In this document: positions 27,560 through 40,607 of the stretch, in pieces
Layout of the letters: each line of letters begins with the position of its first letter
Numbering within the stretch: position 1 is the stretch's first letter
Source: Antedon mediterranea
Taxonomy: Eukaryota; Animalia; Echinodermata
NCBI RefSeq assembly: GCF_964355755.1
Contig: NC_092671.1
Location: forward strand, 10,912,001-10,976,000
Reading direction: 5' to 3'
DNA length: 64,000 nucleotides
The notes under the pieces: generated by a model
Databases searched by the model: none
What the model was told of the DNA's origin: nothing
What the model saw: the letters and a program-made list of their open reading frames with translations, nothing else
Made by a program: the position numbers and the translations under genes

Positions 27560-29844
27560 TAGTAGAGCAGTTAACGCCATAAAAATAGCCAAGTTGTGCA
27601 CTTTATTACCAAAGCATGAAACTTTCCACAAAGTTTCTTTGATGTATATAGATTCAAAATATCGGGAGGTGCCAAGTGTCCAACGTCCGGTATGGCGGCC
27701 ATCTTGATTTCAAAATGGCCACCATAAAAACAAAAAATGTTCATATCTTGGCAACTATAAACAGTAGAGACTTGATTCTGGTGTTAAATTGTTCACAAAC
27801 CACATATTTCTATTTACTCTAATGAAAAGTTTCGTCCAAAAATGACCGAAAATGACGTTTCTTCCAGTTTGACCTTTGACCTCTTATCTGTATATCTCAG
27901 TAACTACTGATTATTTTCAATCGATTTTGGTGTCATTTATATTTGTAGTAATGAAACATTTTCACATAAAGTTACTGGAAATACAATTTATAACCTTTGA
28001 CATATATAATTATGTGAACATACTGTATGTGGTTTAATTGGTATAAATGCACCTAATTTTTTACCAAAATAAATGACACGGAATTATTATTCTGAATTTT
28101 TAACTTTTGATGTGATAGGATAGGTATAAAGTATGACAGATCACTGAGCTCATCTATGCCGACATGTTTGCTAAACTGTGATGTGTCAATCGTTTTTTTG
28201 TTACATCGAAAAAAATGTAGGCCTACTCCATTTTTATGGTAATGGACCTTTGCTGTAAACCTTTCATCTGAATCCTTTTCTTCGATTTTCTCTAGTCATT
28301 GATTTTTTAGCAAAATCCGAACTAAATCAATTCGTAAAAGACATCTCAATATAATTATTCAAGTAATCCTCAAATTAGTGACATGGACCTACAATATACT
28401 GTTCTGTACAAGACCTGTTTAGGCATCCACCTGTGGGCTTTCACTTTAAAAGTCTTGGTTTCCTAATCATACAAGAAACAATGTCTAATTTAATCAATCA
28501 AAGTAGTGGGTTCAGATAGATAAAGAAGGGGGTGTAAGACCATCCACAGACAAAGAAGGGGTTGTAAGACCATCCACATACAAAGAAGAGGGTATAAGAC
28601 CACCCACAGACAAAAAAAGGGGGTGTAAGACCATCCACAGACAAAGAAGGGGGTGTAAGACCATCCACACACAAAGAAGGAGGTATAAGACCATCCACAG
28701 ACAAAGAAAGGGGTGTAAGGCCATCTACAGACAAAGAAGGGGATGTAGGACCGTCCACAGACAAAGAAGGGGGTATAAGACCATCCACTGACAAAAAAAG
28801 GGGTATAGGACCATCCACAGACAAAGAAGGGGGCGTAAGACCGACCACAGACAAAGAATGGGGTGCAAGACCATCCACTGACAAAGAAAGGGGTATAGGA
28901 CCACTTACAGACAAAGAAGAGGGTATAAGACCATCCACAGACAAATAAGGGGTGTAGGACCATCCACAGACAAAGAAGGGAGTGTAGGACCATCCACAGA
29001 CAAAGAAGGGGAGAAGACCATCCACAGACAAAGAAGGGGATATAAAACCATCCACAGACAAAGAAGGGGGTATAAGACCATCCACAGACAAAGAAGGGGT
29101 GTAAACCATCCACAGACAAATTAAAGGAGTCCAAGACCATCCATACACAAAGAAAGGGGTGTATAAGACCATCCACATACAAAAAAGGGGTTTAATACCA
29201 TCAACGGACAAAGAAAGGGGTGTAATACCATCAACAGACAAAGAAGGGGGTATAAGACCGTCCACAGAAAAAGAAAGGGGTGTAAGACCATCCACAGACA
29301 AAGAAGGGGGTGTAGAACCGTCCACAGACAAAGAAGGGGGTGTAAGACCATCCACCACTGACAAAGAAAGGGGTATAGGACCACTTACAGACAAAGAAGG
29401 GTATAAGACCATCCACAGACAAAAAAGGAGGTGTAGGACCATCGGACCATCCACAGACAAAGAAGGGGGATGTAAAACCACCCACAGAATCGATTGAAAA
29501 TGACCAGTAGTTACAGAGATATACAAATACGAGGTCAAAGGTCAAACTGTAAGAAACGTCATTTCCGGTCATTTTTGGACGAAACTTTTCATTAGAGCAA
29601 ATAGAAATATATAGTTTGTGAACAATTTGAGACCAGAATTAAGTCTCTAATGTGTATAGTTGCCAAGATATGAACATTTTTTGTTTTTATGGTGGCCATT
29701 TTGAAATCAAGATGGCCGCCATACCGGACGTTGGACACTTGGCACCCCCCGATATTTTGAATCTATATACATCAAAGAAACTTTGTGCCAAGTTTCATGC
29801 TTTGGTAATAAAATGCACAGCTCATGTCATTAACTGCTCTACTA
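27560..29844. mobile_element. Non-autonomous long-TIR DNA transposon (Academ-like) with 3-bp TSD ACA
   Basis: Termini TAGTAGAGCAGTTAA / TTAACTGCTCTACTA; about 350-bp inverted repeats (27560-27915 vs 29493-29844); ACA at 27557-27559 and 29845-29847. Confidence 0.85.
28515..29490. repeat. Approximately 30-bp minisatellite inside the transposon
   Basis: Unit about agaccatccacagacaaagaagggggtgta, some 30 diverged copies; source of the repetitive ORFs at 28490-29572. Confidence 0.9.
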
Positions 29845-30444
29845 ACATGGTTGCCTGCTATTAACAGAAAATGCCCCCCATGATGAAAAAGCTCACATTG
29901 GCCGCCCTACTATTTATTAACCTTAAACATAGTATATTAAATTGTTTTTAAAGATAAACCAACTATGTATTTTTGTGTATATCTTATTACAATTAAAAGA
30001 CAAAAAAGGGGAATCCACCCAAAATAATTTTTTTCGCTATGTCACTACCAACAACGATGGTGTTACAAAAATATACTATAAACTATAAAATATAAAGACC
30101 AACTCAAACATGATAGTACAATGCATTTAAAATTGCCTATACTATTGAGAGAATTGACATCATAGGGCCTACTCATAAATCAAAGGTTAACACTGACAAT
30201 GGTTAATATTATTTAACTGGAATCTTATTTTGTTCATCTCACAATACAGAAAGGTAACAATTAAGTGAGAAAAACAACCAAAAACCACCGAGAACATTAT
30301 CCATTTTATTACTCATTTTATAGCTTTTTAATTTTATGTTATTAATAAAAGTGGCGTGAAAAAAAAATTCGTCATTCAGTAAATTGGAAGACTACATAGG
30401 TCTGGTCTATCTCGGCGGACAGGTTTAAAACATCACGATAATAT

Positions 30445-32223
30445 ATGTATTCACTGGAACAGGTAAAACTTGATTAGTTAACGTTCAGTAAGAGCCCGTT
30501 CAGGCTGAAGTTATTTACCCGGGTAAAGGTTTGTTTCATGGACACTGTTCCCTAACTGTGGGTAAGAACCAACTTATCTGGGTAAGTAACTAATCCTGAA
30601 CGCACTGGGTATTTCATATTAAATATTTGTTATTATTTATACTTTTACGAAGTATATAAAAAAATCACAAGCTCACAATAACGTTTACAACAATGTTGTT
30701 CTTCCACGAGACAGTATTTTGAAAGTAAATGATACTGGTTCCTATATCTATCAAGTAAATCAGTCACAGATGCAACATTATAACACATTTCGTGGGGGAA
30801 AAGACTACAAATTGATACTACAGTATTCAGTCTTAATAATCTATAGGTCCATTGTTTAAGGGATCATATGAAAATTAATTAATGACTCCTTTTTCTTTCT
30901 TTGGACATGTTAAATTATGTTATTAATCAACGGTTTTTTGCTATCACAGCCTCCGGCGTACGGAGCTCAGCCGGCTGGCGACTCTCCACCACCAAGATAT
31001 CCTCCACCACCAAGATATCCTCCACCACCAAGTTACCCTCAACCAACAAGTTACCCTCCACCGGTACAACCACAACAAGCATTTGTTCATGCACACCGTC
31101 CTAGTTTAGTCGTAGTAAGAACAACGTCTGTTCCAGTTCTTGAAGAAAGGTACGTTTAATCGGTATAGGTTATGGTTGCTATACACAATCAAGGAATATC
31201 TTCTGTTTGAGGAGAAACTTTGAGTTTAAACTTCTAAGAACATAATAAGCGGATTCATAATTTCGAATAAGAATTGTATTGATCACAAATAAGATAGTTT
31301 CACAAGAAAATTTTAATCATGTATTTTACCGCCATTTTTCATTTTTACATTTTAATTAACATCGTATCTAAAATTATAAATGAAAACAAAATGGTTAATA
31401 CTGAATTCAAGCATCTTGAATATATATATACAGTACCTGTATTTTAACTACTTTAAACACTTACTTTTAATTGTCACAAATGTACTTATATGTATATAAT
31501 AATATTCACCAATGAGAATTTAAATAAACGTGAGACGAACTCACACAAGACAAAAAAAAAAGAATTGTATTGTTTAATGAAGTGCTGAATCAAATAATCT
31601 ATCTATTGCTTCTTAGAGGTACGGTGTTCGCCTGTTCACGTTTTGTTTTGGATCGAACGGCAATTCGAATCAATTTAATGTTACCAAGTTTATATTTAAT
31701 TTTGTAGAGAACGGGAAGAAAATGTATTATGTTATATTGGGATGACAATACTGTTCCCGTTTTTGATCTTCGTCTGGATATTCAAGGTACGTTTAAGCAT
31801 TGTCACAAATACTGTGCTGTGTGTTTCTCTCACTATGTAAACTTACAAGCTGGACGTTTGTATAAATATAAAATTATGAACATTGATCTTAATATATATC
31901 TTAGTGTTTTACCATTTGTATGACAGACCTAGTGTCTTGCTTTTTCGTAGTTTTGGGCTTCGCTTTGTCTTTTTCTGTGTTTTTATGTGTTTTAGATTTA
32001 TATTTTTATACACATTTTATCATGTAAAAATCAATCGCAATTCAGTTTACTGTGAAGATTATTTTAATAAATATACCATTATGAATGAAAGAAAAAATGA
32101 TTATTGATTCTAAATCGTTGCGACGCCAAGCCAACAAAATAAATACGTCTAGACAATACCATATTAAATAATACTATTTTCTTCTTTCTTTTTGGTTTAC
32201 AGTGGTTATACGACTTATTTTGA
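30445..32223 (+). CDS. Small proline-rich PPxY-motif protein with C-terminal TM segment, paralog 1 (about 105 aa)
   Basis: Exons 30445-30462 (MYSLEQ), 30950-31149 (PPAYGAQPAGDSPPPRYPPPPRYPPPPSY...VLEER), 31708-31786 (EREENVLCYIGMTILFPFLIFVWIFK), 32203-32223 (WLYDLF*). All GT-AG, phases 0/2/0 identical to paralog 2. Confidence 0.75.
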
Positions 32224-34698
32224 TTAGATTTGATTTTGGATCAATGCACATTGGTACTGTAAATACATGGACTATTTATGTTGTTGAGGAATAATGGAAT
32301 GGACACGGACATTTACATACGTTTTTGTTGATTATGATTCATTCTGTAGCTGTTCATAATATTTTATTTATATATATTTCAATATAATTCTAATAACAAG
32401 TTTAGAACTATTAGGCCTCATATTTCAGATTCAGATTTATTTGGTCCTTCCGGAAATTCATGACAGGTACAATCGCTCAGATAAAAATAACATTCAATAT
32501 ATATATTTATAAGTAAAATAATTTGAAACGATAAAGATGAGGAAATCTGTGAGAATGAGAAAAAGTCGCCCCAACCGAGACTCGAATAATTAATTAAATT
32601 TCAGTATATCACCGGGCGGTTTAGAATTAATGTTCTTTGCTTTGATTTGTTTATACTAGATGGTACGCTCGCTTCGCTCGCGTACCATCTAGGTCGTGCC
32701 CACAGATGGTTCTCGAATACATATATTTCAGTGTAACAAAACTGGCGATTTCAAATTTACGTACCGCAGGACTATAATACATTGTCGTTTACAGAAACGA
32801 ATAAATAGACACGATGATTTATGTAGTCAACTAAAATTAGCACCCTGTGAATTACTTCCGAAGGAGAAACTTATCACAAAATGAGTCCATATTTTTTATT
32901 TGGACTCATTTAAAGAAACCCAATTTGTGTTTTGTATGTAACATTAGGGTTGAGGGATGGGAAAGCGGATAGGTACAAAGAGGAACGATTTGTAAATATA
33001 TTCTTTATCCACTCAGTAACGAAATATTTTTTTCATGTTTTATAGGCCTATAAATAATATACCTCTAAATACAGTAAAACATTAGCGATTTAATGCTTTG
33101 TTAAAACTGTCACTGTCATAATCGATTGAAATATTAAAGTACATGTCACGATACACCACTACGACGTTTATATTATTGGTAATTATTAATTAATACAAAC
33201 GTTGAGAAGGAACTGTCAGTATAAAGTTTATTTGTATATCTAACAGTAGAGCCTATCCACAATCTCAGTAATAAAGTTTATTTGTATATATTTTTATATT
33301 ACATCTAACAGTACGAACATTCACAGTAAGAAATGTTCGATTTAAATGAGGAACAAAAATAGTTAATAGGTATTTACAGTATTGTCAAAGTATTGCAAGT
33401 TTATTCTCAAAGGGCCCATATATTTACCTACCGTATGTGTTAAACCAAGGGCTCATAAATTTACCTACTTGTGTTAAACCAAACTCTGGCAGACTGAGAG
33501 ATTGGGATGTTCCATTCATCGCAAATGAATACATTTGTATATAATCGTATATTAAATCTATCAAAATAGTATTTTTTTAAGAAAATCGGCCTGTCTTCAA
33601 CATTATGATGCTGTACTCTAGCTGTTCAACCAGTTTTCAGCTATTAAAAACAATTATCGTAGGAGGAGATAAGAAAATGCGAAGCCTCCTCGCATTTTTG
33701 TGGCGGGTATTTTTCAAGATGGACATCCATTAGACAGTGTATACCACGATCGGAAAACACCCTATTTGGGGCAAATCGTTGAACCTAAATTCGTTTTAAT
33801 TGTCAATAACTAATTATCTAACTTAATCTAATTAGTAAACAGGGTTACATCAGGTAGTTAAAATCAGTACCAAAAGTACGAACCAACTTTATATACCATC
33901 GAGTAAATATTCTAGAAGAAACGCGCGATTTATCGAATTTTGCCCTCACGTAAATTTATATATAGATAAGTAAAATAAATATAAACATGTAAAGAGTTGT
34001 AAAAAAGATACACTATACAAAATAAACTACAAGGTGATGGCAAAAGGGACGACTGAATTTAGATATCTGTTAGTTCTACATAGTGTGCTATAAATGCCCT
34101 TTGTCGTTTTTAGGATTGTTTGCCTTGATGTTACATAAATTGGCTTTATAATATAGGTGTAGGCCTATGCCTATACCTAATATAATAAAATAAATATCGG
34201 GTTGTCTAAAAACAGGAATTCAAAATACAATCGATATTATTAATAATTCATAAATTATTAACATTATAATATATAAAAATTAAAATTAAATAAAACCGTT
34301 TTACAATTTAAATATCAAAAAGAGAATGAAAATATAACCTCCTTGGCGGAGGTAAATATTATAGATATTGCCTCCTTAAGGCGAAAGGGGATGACAAATG
34401 TAATATTGCTCCGATAGAAAAGACAATATATATATTACAAAAGCAGAATAGATTCAAATAGATAACTTCTGTTTACACTATCAAACTAGTGTGACAAAAC
34501 ACGTGTGATGTGCCCAAATATGGTAGTGATGTGCACAAATATTGTAGTTATAAATGATGTCATCGCGTCCATTATATTTATGAGCATATCACATTTTTAT
34601 GTTACATAAAGTCCGATAGTGTCGACAGAGCTGCTTTACTCTATAAGCCAGCAAGCCTTCTTGGCTAGACCTTCTCTGCATGTACACCGATTTGCTTA

Positions 34699-34879
34699 AA
34701 GCTTGGTTCCCACTAGAACGTAACGCAAGGACGTAAACGCAACGCAAGCGTTTTAACCAATGACAAGCGAAGTTATAAACAGTTAGCAATCACAAGCGAA
34801 TAAGCCATCGCTTGTGATTGGTCAATTCACTTGCGTTGCGTTACGTCCTTGTGTTGCGTCGCTAGTGGGAACCACGCTT
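34699..34879. mobile_element. MITE family A (TIR AGCTTGGTTCCCACT, TAA/TTA flanks; PIF/Harbinger-like); copies also at 46856-47017 and 61936-62256
   Basis: Near-identical 160-180 bp elements with inverted termini and internal aacgcaacgcaag / ccaat repeats at three loci. Confidence 0.85.
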
Positions 34880-35159
34880 TAGGGGTCTTTAACGAATGGA
34901 TATTCACAACACATTTTATCAACGACAGCCCTTTTTGAATTTGTCGTCATGATTTAAATGGAAATATAACGTTATCGATCCTCGGAGGTGTATTCATGTG
35001 ATGCCATTTCAATCAATCACGGTCTCGCATCTTTTCCTTATATTTATTGACTTGGTAAGTACAATGTTTCAATTATTATGTTATATATTATACTTTTACT
35101 GTACAAATAATCAGAACAAACTTTTCAAATAAACCTTCTAAAACCTAGGGTTTTTTTTG

Positions 35160-35420
35160 CAACATTTTAGACCAACTCTGCCTCAGCCGTCAAGCTGCCA
35201 ACACTCCTGGAATGACAAATCCAAATCTTGATACGACTTATTCTACTTTGAACATTAGGAGAGGTAAAGGCAATTCAAATACTAACTAACAATTAACTTT
35301 ACAATTATCATTTTAGGTTTAGAAGACAAGATAGGAAACTTAAAAGACGAAAAAGAAGTTATTATTGTTTAGTTTGATTCCAATTTAAGTATCCCCATTT
35401 AATCGAAGGTATTCAGAGTT
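35160..35420 (+). pseudogene. Decayed duplicate of guanine deaminase exons 10-11
   Basis: actcctggaatgacaaatccaaatctt, aacattaggagaggtaaagg and ttttaggtttagaagacaagataggaaacttaaaagacgaaaaagaa align with GDA at about 22866-22950 and 23142-23190, with indels. Confidence 0.7.
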
Positions 35421-36131
35421 ACAAGGTCAATATTTTTATAATAATACACAAAAATAATACACAATGATGAGTACTTGTCACTTAATAATTATCAAAAGTA
35501 TGACAAGTGAAAAAACACAATAGCACTTGTTACTGGAGTGTTCGTGGGTAAAGTGTATTAACCTTTGACATTAATATAGAGTATCCGAATGAGATAAATT
35601 AATTATGCATTTTTTAACGGCAAATTCAAGGAATACTATAATAAAAGAATAAAGAATAAAAGACAACCCATCCATAACGTTACTTTGGCGACGTTACAAA
35701 CACTTATTATAGTGTGTTGCTATGCGTTACAAAACAGTGCGGCTGAAAAACTATTATATAATGAATGACCAACTCGAAGTATAGACGGTTTACGAGAAAT
35801 TATAGTACAATATTATTTGATGTTTTATAATTTTGGGGGAATTTTTTTTTATACTCAAACGTACAAAACAAACTTTTACCAAGATTAAGGATTGAATTCA
35901 ACTGAAATCTTGTTTTGTTGTCCGTTGCCAGGATACAATACGCCTAGCAATACAGAAGCTTAACAATTAAGTGAGAAAAATAGATCGATAGTATTGAGAA
36001 GATTAATATTAAATGTGAACGAGTGGCGTGGAAAATATTGGACAGTAATTTGGAAGGCTAAGACAAGTCCAGTATATGCAGACAAGTGTGATCGGATTAG
36101 ACCAGGTTTTGGATTTTATGTGGGAATTACG

Positions 36132-38590
36132 ATGAATTCAGTTAAACAGGTAATTACATTAATTTTAAGCAATACTACTCTAGAAATAGGTGTTTCATAT
36201 TTTTTAAATAATTACCGACTTAAGTTAACAATATACTGTACCAATACAGTGAAATACCATTTATTTTTTAGTCTAAAGTACAGGTAAGGTGTTCTACCTC
36301 TAGCTTATATTTTCACACAAACAAGAAGCATCTTCTTTCTAATATTTGTTTGTTAATCTTGTTAGGCCTACACACTATTCTGTACACTTTGAAGAAGCTA
36401 CCACGGCTTACGGTACATAACAATCCACAATTATATATACTTAATGATTTATAAGGAAATATATGTATTATTTGTGGAAAATCAATAAAGTGTGCAATTA
36501 CTACTGTACATTTGTTTTTGTTTTGTTTTGTTTTTTTTTCCAATGTAAGTTAATTAAGTAAGTTTTATCATCATTTACCTTTTATATGTTGTTGTTTATA
36601 TTTGTATGGACGCACCACCGAAAGGTGTGTGCCACTGATTCGAAAGTGAGTACCAATAAATACTGAATACTGAATAAACAAAAACAATTATAAAGTAAAC
36701 ACACATTTTTTTCGATAGTCATTAGTCAACAATCATTATTAGCATTATTTATCTTTTTTTACGCCATTTAATTGAATAATTATTTGTAAATTAAAATATG
36801 CAGATAATCTAAAATGGAATTAACGAAATATATCATAGCAACCAACTTCCAAACAGTCAAGCATTATGAATGCTTATGGAGATCAACGAGTTTCCGGATC
36901 GATTTGTCACTACACTACTGCATGAATTATGAATGAAATATGTCTCATATTAATACTACATAGGAAAATAGATTGGTTGATTTTTTGGAGGACATTTTAC
37001 ATCATTAATCAAAACAGAATCATTATTCTAGCAATTATGTATATAATTATAAGATAATTTACAAGTTCAAGTACAGTATTACACTTTTTATTTTTCACAG
37101 TTTGCGTCCGAAAAAGTTCTTGGACCTCAGCCTCCGTCGTACGGAGCACAATCGGCAGGATGTCCGCCACCAGGACAACCGGCAGGGTACCCTCCGCCAG
37201 GACAACCGGCAGGGTACCCTCCGCCAGGACAACCGGCAGGGTACCCTCCGCAAGGACAACCACCAGGATACCCTCCACCAGGATACCTTCCAACACAAGG
37301 TTATGCCCCACCGCCAAGTTACCCTCCACCGGTACAACCGCAACAAGCTTTTGTTGCGACGCAACCGCAACCGACTGGTGGTGTAGTCGTTATAAACACA
37401 CAATCGGCTCACCCTCAGCCAGCAGTCGTGCACACCACGGTTGTTCAAAGACCAAGGTATGTGTTTTTGACTTAGGAATTGAGCCTATCAGTACAAACCG
37501 TACGGTACGGAGTACAAACCATAATTTAGCACTCTTAAGCTCTGTGTACACTATCAACAACAACAGTGTGATGATGTGCCCAAATATGGTAGTGATATGA
37601 CGTCATCATGTCCATAACACAGTTTTTGTCACATAAAATTTGATAGTGTTGACACAGCTTTACCTCACAGATGTATTGTCCCCCTAAAAAATAATTGTTT
37701 TGTTAAATATGCCATTTTAATGTCACATAATAGTTATCTATTTTTACCAAAAATTGGATCTAAACAAAATTTTTTACCTGAAAACTATAATTTAAAGCAA
37801 AAAAGGGTCAAATTGGCTGCCAGCCAATAGATTTTTGGTTGAATTTAACAATTTATTATGTTATTTTATAAGTGAAAACATCTTTTTTTTTTCACAGAAG
37901 TGATTTACTTTATTAGAACTACAAAATAACCTATTCAAAGTCTGATTTAAGTAATCTTCATTTTTCATGTTTTTGGGGGACAATACATCTTTAACATTTA
38001 CATTATAGGTCTAAATTGGTTTAGAGGTCAGTACACAAAGTCCATATAAGATATGACACTGCAGAAGTTGCTTACTTGCTTATATAAAATAAAAATAAAT
38101 ATACTTAGAATACTAAACGTTGTGGTGGGACTTGGACAGAAACCAATTTGCCCCGTTTTAATTTTTATCTTTTACAGAGAACGGACAAACCATCTTGTAC
38201 ATCTTGGCATCACAATACTGTTCCCGTTATGGATATTCGTTTGGATTTTTATTGTAAGTTTAAGCCTAAGTTTAAATCACAATCATTTTATGTGCGTTTC
38301 TGTATACATAATATATGTGTATATAATAGATCATTGCTTGTATGAATAAGACAGCAACTGCTCATTACAGGGCGGGTGCCGTAACCACTGGACCTTGATG
38401 AATATTGACATTGAGCATTTATACATAATATGTCAAATCACTGTCAACTATAAATGCGCGAAAAATTAATTCAGAAAAATTCAAATTAAAAGGTAACCAA
38501 TACGATATACACCTGGAATACCAGAATATTCAAATACGCACCATTTAATATTCCCTTATTTTTGTTTCGCAGTGCATATTTGATGATTAG
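36132..38590 (+). CDS. Small proline-rich PPxY-motif protein with C-terminal TM segment, paralog 2 (about 155 aa)
   Basis: Exons 36132-36149 (MNSVKQ), 37101-37456 (FASEKVLGPQPPSYGAQ..., repeated PPPGQPAGY, ...PPPSYPPPVQPQQAFV...QRPR), 38178-38253 (ERTNHLVHLGITILFPLWIFVWIFI), 38573-38590 (CIFDD*). GT-AG sites and phases match paralog 1. Confidence 0.8.
37669..37990. mobile_element. MITE with about 22-bp TIRs in an intron
   Basis: agatgtattgtccccctaaaaa ... tttttgggggacaatacatct. Confidence 0.6.
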
Positions 38591-40607
38591 ATTGGCTATT
38601 GGACCAGTGTGAACAGCTATTGTAAATACCAGGGTAAATGGATAATTTATTTATTGGATGAGCATCATGGAACTATTTATTTTTGTACTGACTACATCAT
38701 TAATCCATGTGAACATTGTATGATGTGACGACAAGAAGTCAACAATTAAAAAATGTATATAAAAGCGGAAGATTAAAACGACCAGTGTTTAGACATATGC
38801 TGTTTTAACTAAATATAAAATGGAAAGAGATGGTTAAAAAAGGCCTAAAATTGATTGAATATGTTAACAGAGATGTAGCCAATCAGGTATCAAGTATTCT
38901 CTTCCCGGCATGGACTAAGTCTAATAAATCAATTCCAGCAAGATTGATTGATTAAATGGTGGATTGATTGAATGGATGTTTGAACTGACAGATGGATTGA
39001 TTTGATATACACATGTTTCAGTTGTTATTTATGAAACGAAAACACAAAACTATATTTACTGTATTTCTTCTGTACCTGTTGCGCAATATTGTTGTATATT
39101 ACATTAACACTGTATATAAAATAACAATTTTGGAAACATTGAATGAAAATAAAACATTCTCTTCTGTAACTGTTCAAAAGGTTTATCATTTAATTTGTAT
39201 TTTAAATACATTGCATTTCAATATATGATTTTTAACAACATTTTTATAATTTCACAATTATACACTTAAATAAATATTTGTTTTTTAAACTTTGTATTCA
39301 AAATACAAACAATTCATATCAAATATTTCCACAATATAATTTTTAGAAGTTTAAAAACAGATTTTCAATTCAACATATAAAAGGAGATGGAAATATGGTT
39401 TTATATATAAAATAATATATCTAAAATGTATATTATTTAATGTAATTGTAATGTATTCAATGATGTAACATCTTAATGATTGCATTGATTAACTTGGCAA
39501 GTACAGTGTTTCAAGTTTCTTTGGTTGTGTTACTTATATAAAGAGTACTGCAAGTTTTCCTATATAAAATATATACTGTATGATTGACATAAAATTATCT
39601 ATTAAATACATCCTTCTAAAAAGTATTACTTTACTATTACTAACTATTATTAGTACACAATAAGTACTGAAACATCAATTGAATCATTTGAAACACTTTG
39701 TAAAGTTTGTTTTTAAAAATCTGCCTCACACAATTAATGACTGATTCTATTGTGAACCTGTTTTCCGCTTGAACAATCATCATAAATAAAATAGTTCACA
39801 TTAAAGCCACAGATCATAAATCTAATTTTAGGTCAAAAACTGCATTTTATGTTAATTTAAATACTATAGGCCTATGGGCTTATTCGATAATTTAGTTTTG
39901 TAAAATGGTAAAAATATGAAATACAAGTTGATTTTAATCATTTAAGCAGCTCGCTATAAATACCAGCATGCATTGCACACAGATTAATATTTTTGTTTCG
40001 CTTCTGTGATGCACCCACTTTTGATCGATCACAAAGGCAAAACAAATGGAAGTACAGTAACTTTTCAGCGAAAATACTGGGTCTTTCGTTTTGTTTTAAC
40101 AAATTCTGCTAAACACAGAAAGACAATTAATACAGCAACTAGAAAACGCCAGGCTAGGCCTATAGCTAGAGTACAATGTTCATATGTTTACCAGCTAGGC
40201 CTATAAAACTAAGCTCAGCTAGGCTACATACCGTCCATGAGAGGACATTTACAAAATGTCAACATTGTAGGGAAAGTGTCCTAAAAACAATCTAATTAAA
40301 GATGTATTATGAAAAAAGTGTGATCTGATCTAAATATAGTAGTGATATGCCCAAATATGGTAGTGATATGACATCATCATGTCCATATATATATTACATC
40401 TTTTTGTCACATAAAGTTTGATAATGTAGACAGAGCTTTAGTTAATGAACATCTAACTGTTTGGTAAAGCCCATCTTAAATAATTATTCAAATTACTATA
40501 AATAATCTAACTTAATTAGCTAGTAAGCACCTCAGCTCTTAATATAATATTGTGCAATTTAAAATAATGAAAAGCATACAGACCTACTGTATTGCTTTCA
40601 TGGTATC

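Larger units (their letters stand above)
24391..29912 (+). mobile_element. Degenerate Academ-like DNA transposon with transposase remnants, interrupted by a second element
   Basis: TAGTAG...CTACTA termini; left TIR 24438-24520 matches the reverse complement of 29845-29880 plus 27510-27559. Remnant LLDFIKVGRSGNWGLLLEAFASMLSWLTV at about 25243-25330 and Cys cluster LELVTCVCK...CICGC...CRYP (27054-27269) resemble Academ transposase segments. Confidence 0.65.

Noticed and set aside
28490-29572. Repetitive ORFs of up to 346 aa
   Set aside because: Produced by the 30-bp minisatellite inside a transposon; frames switch at indels.
37009-37600. Arg-rich and antisense ORFs listed in the track (37102-37386, 37160-37600, 37009-37329, 37095-37448)
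   Set aside because: Alternative frames of the Pro-rich exon; only the third plus frame is splice-compatible and conserved with paralog 1.
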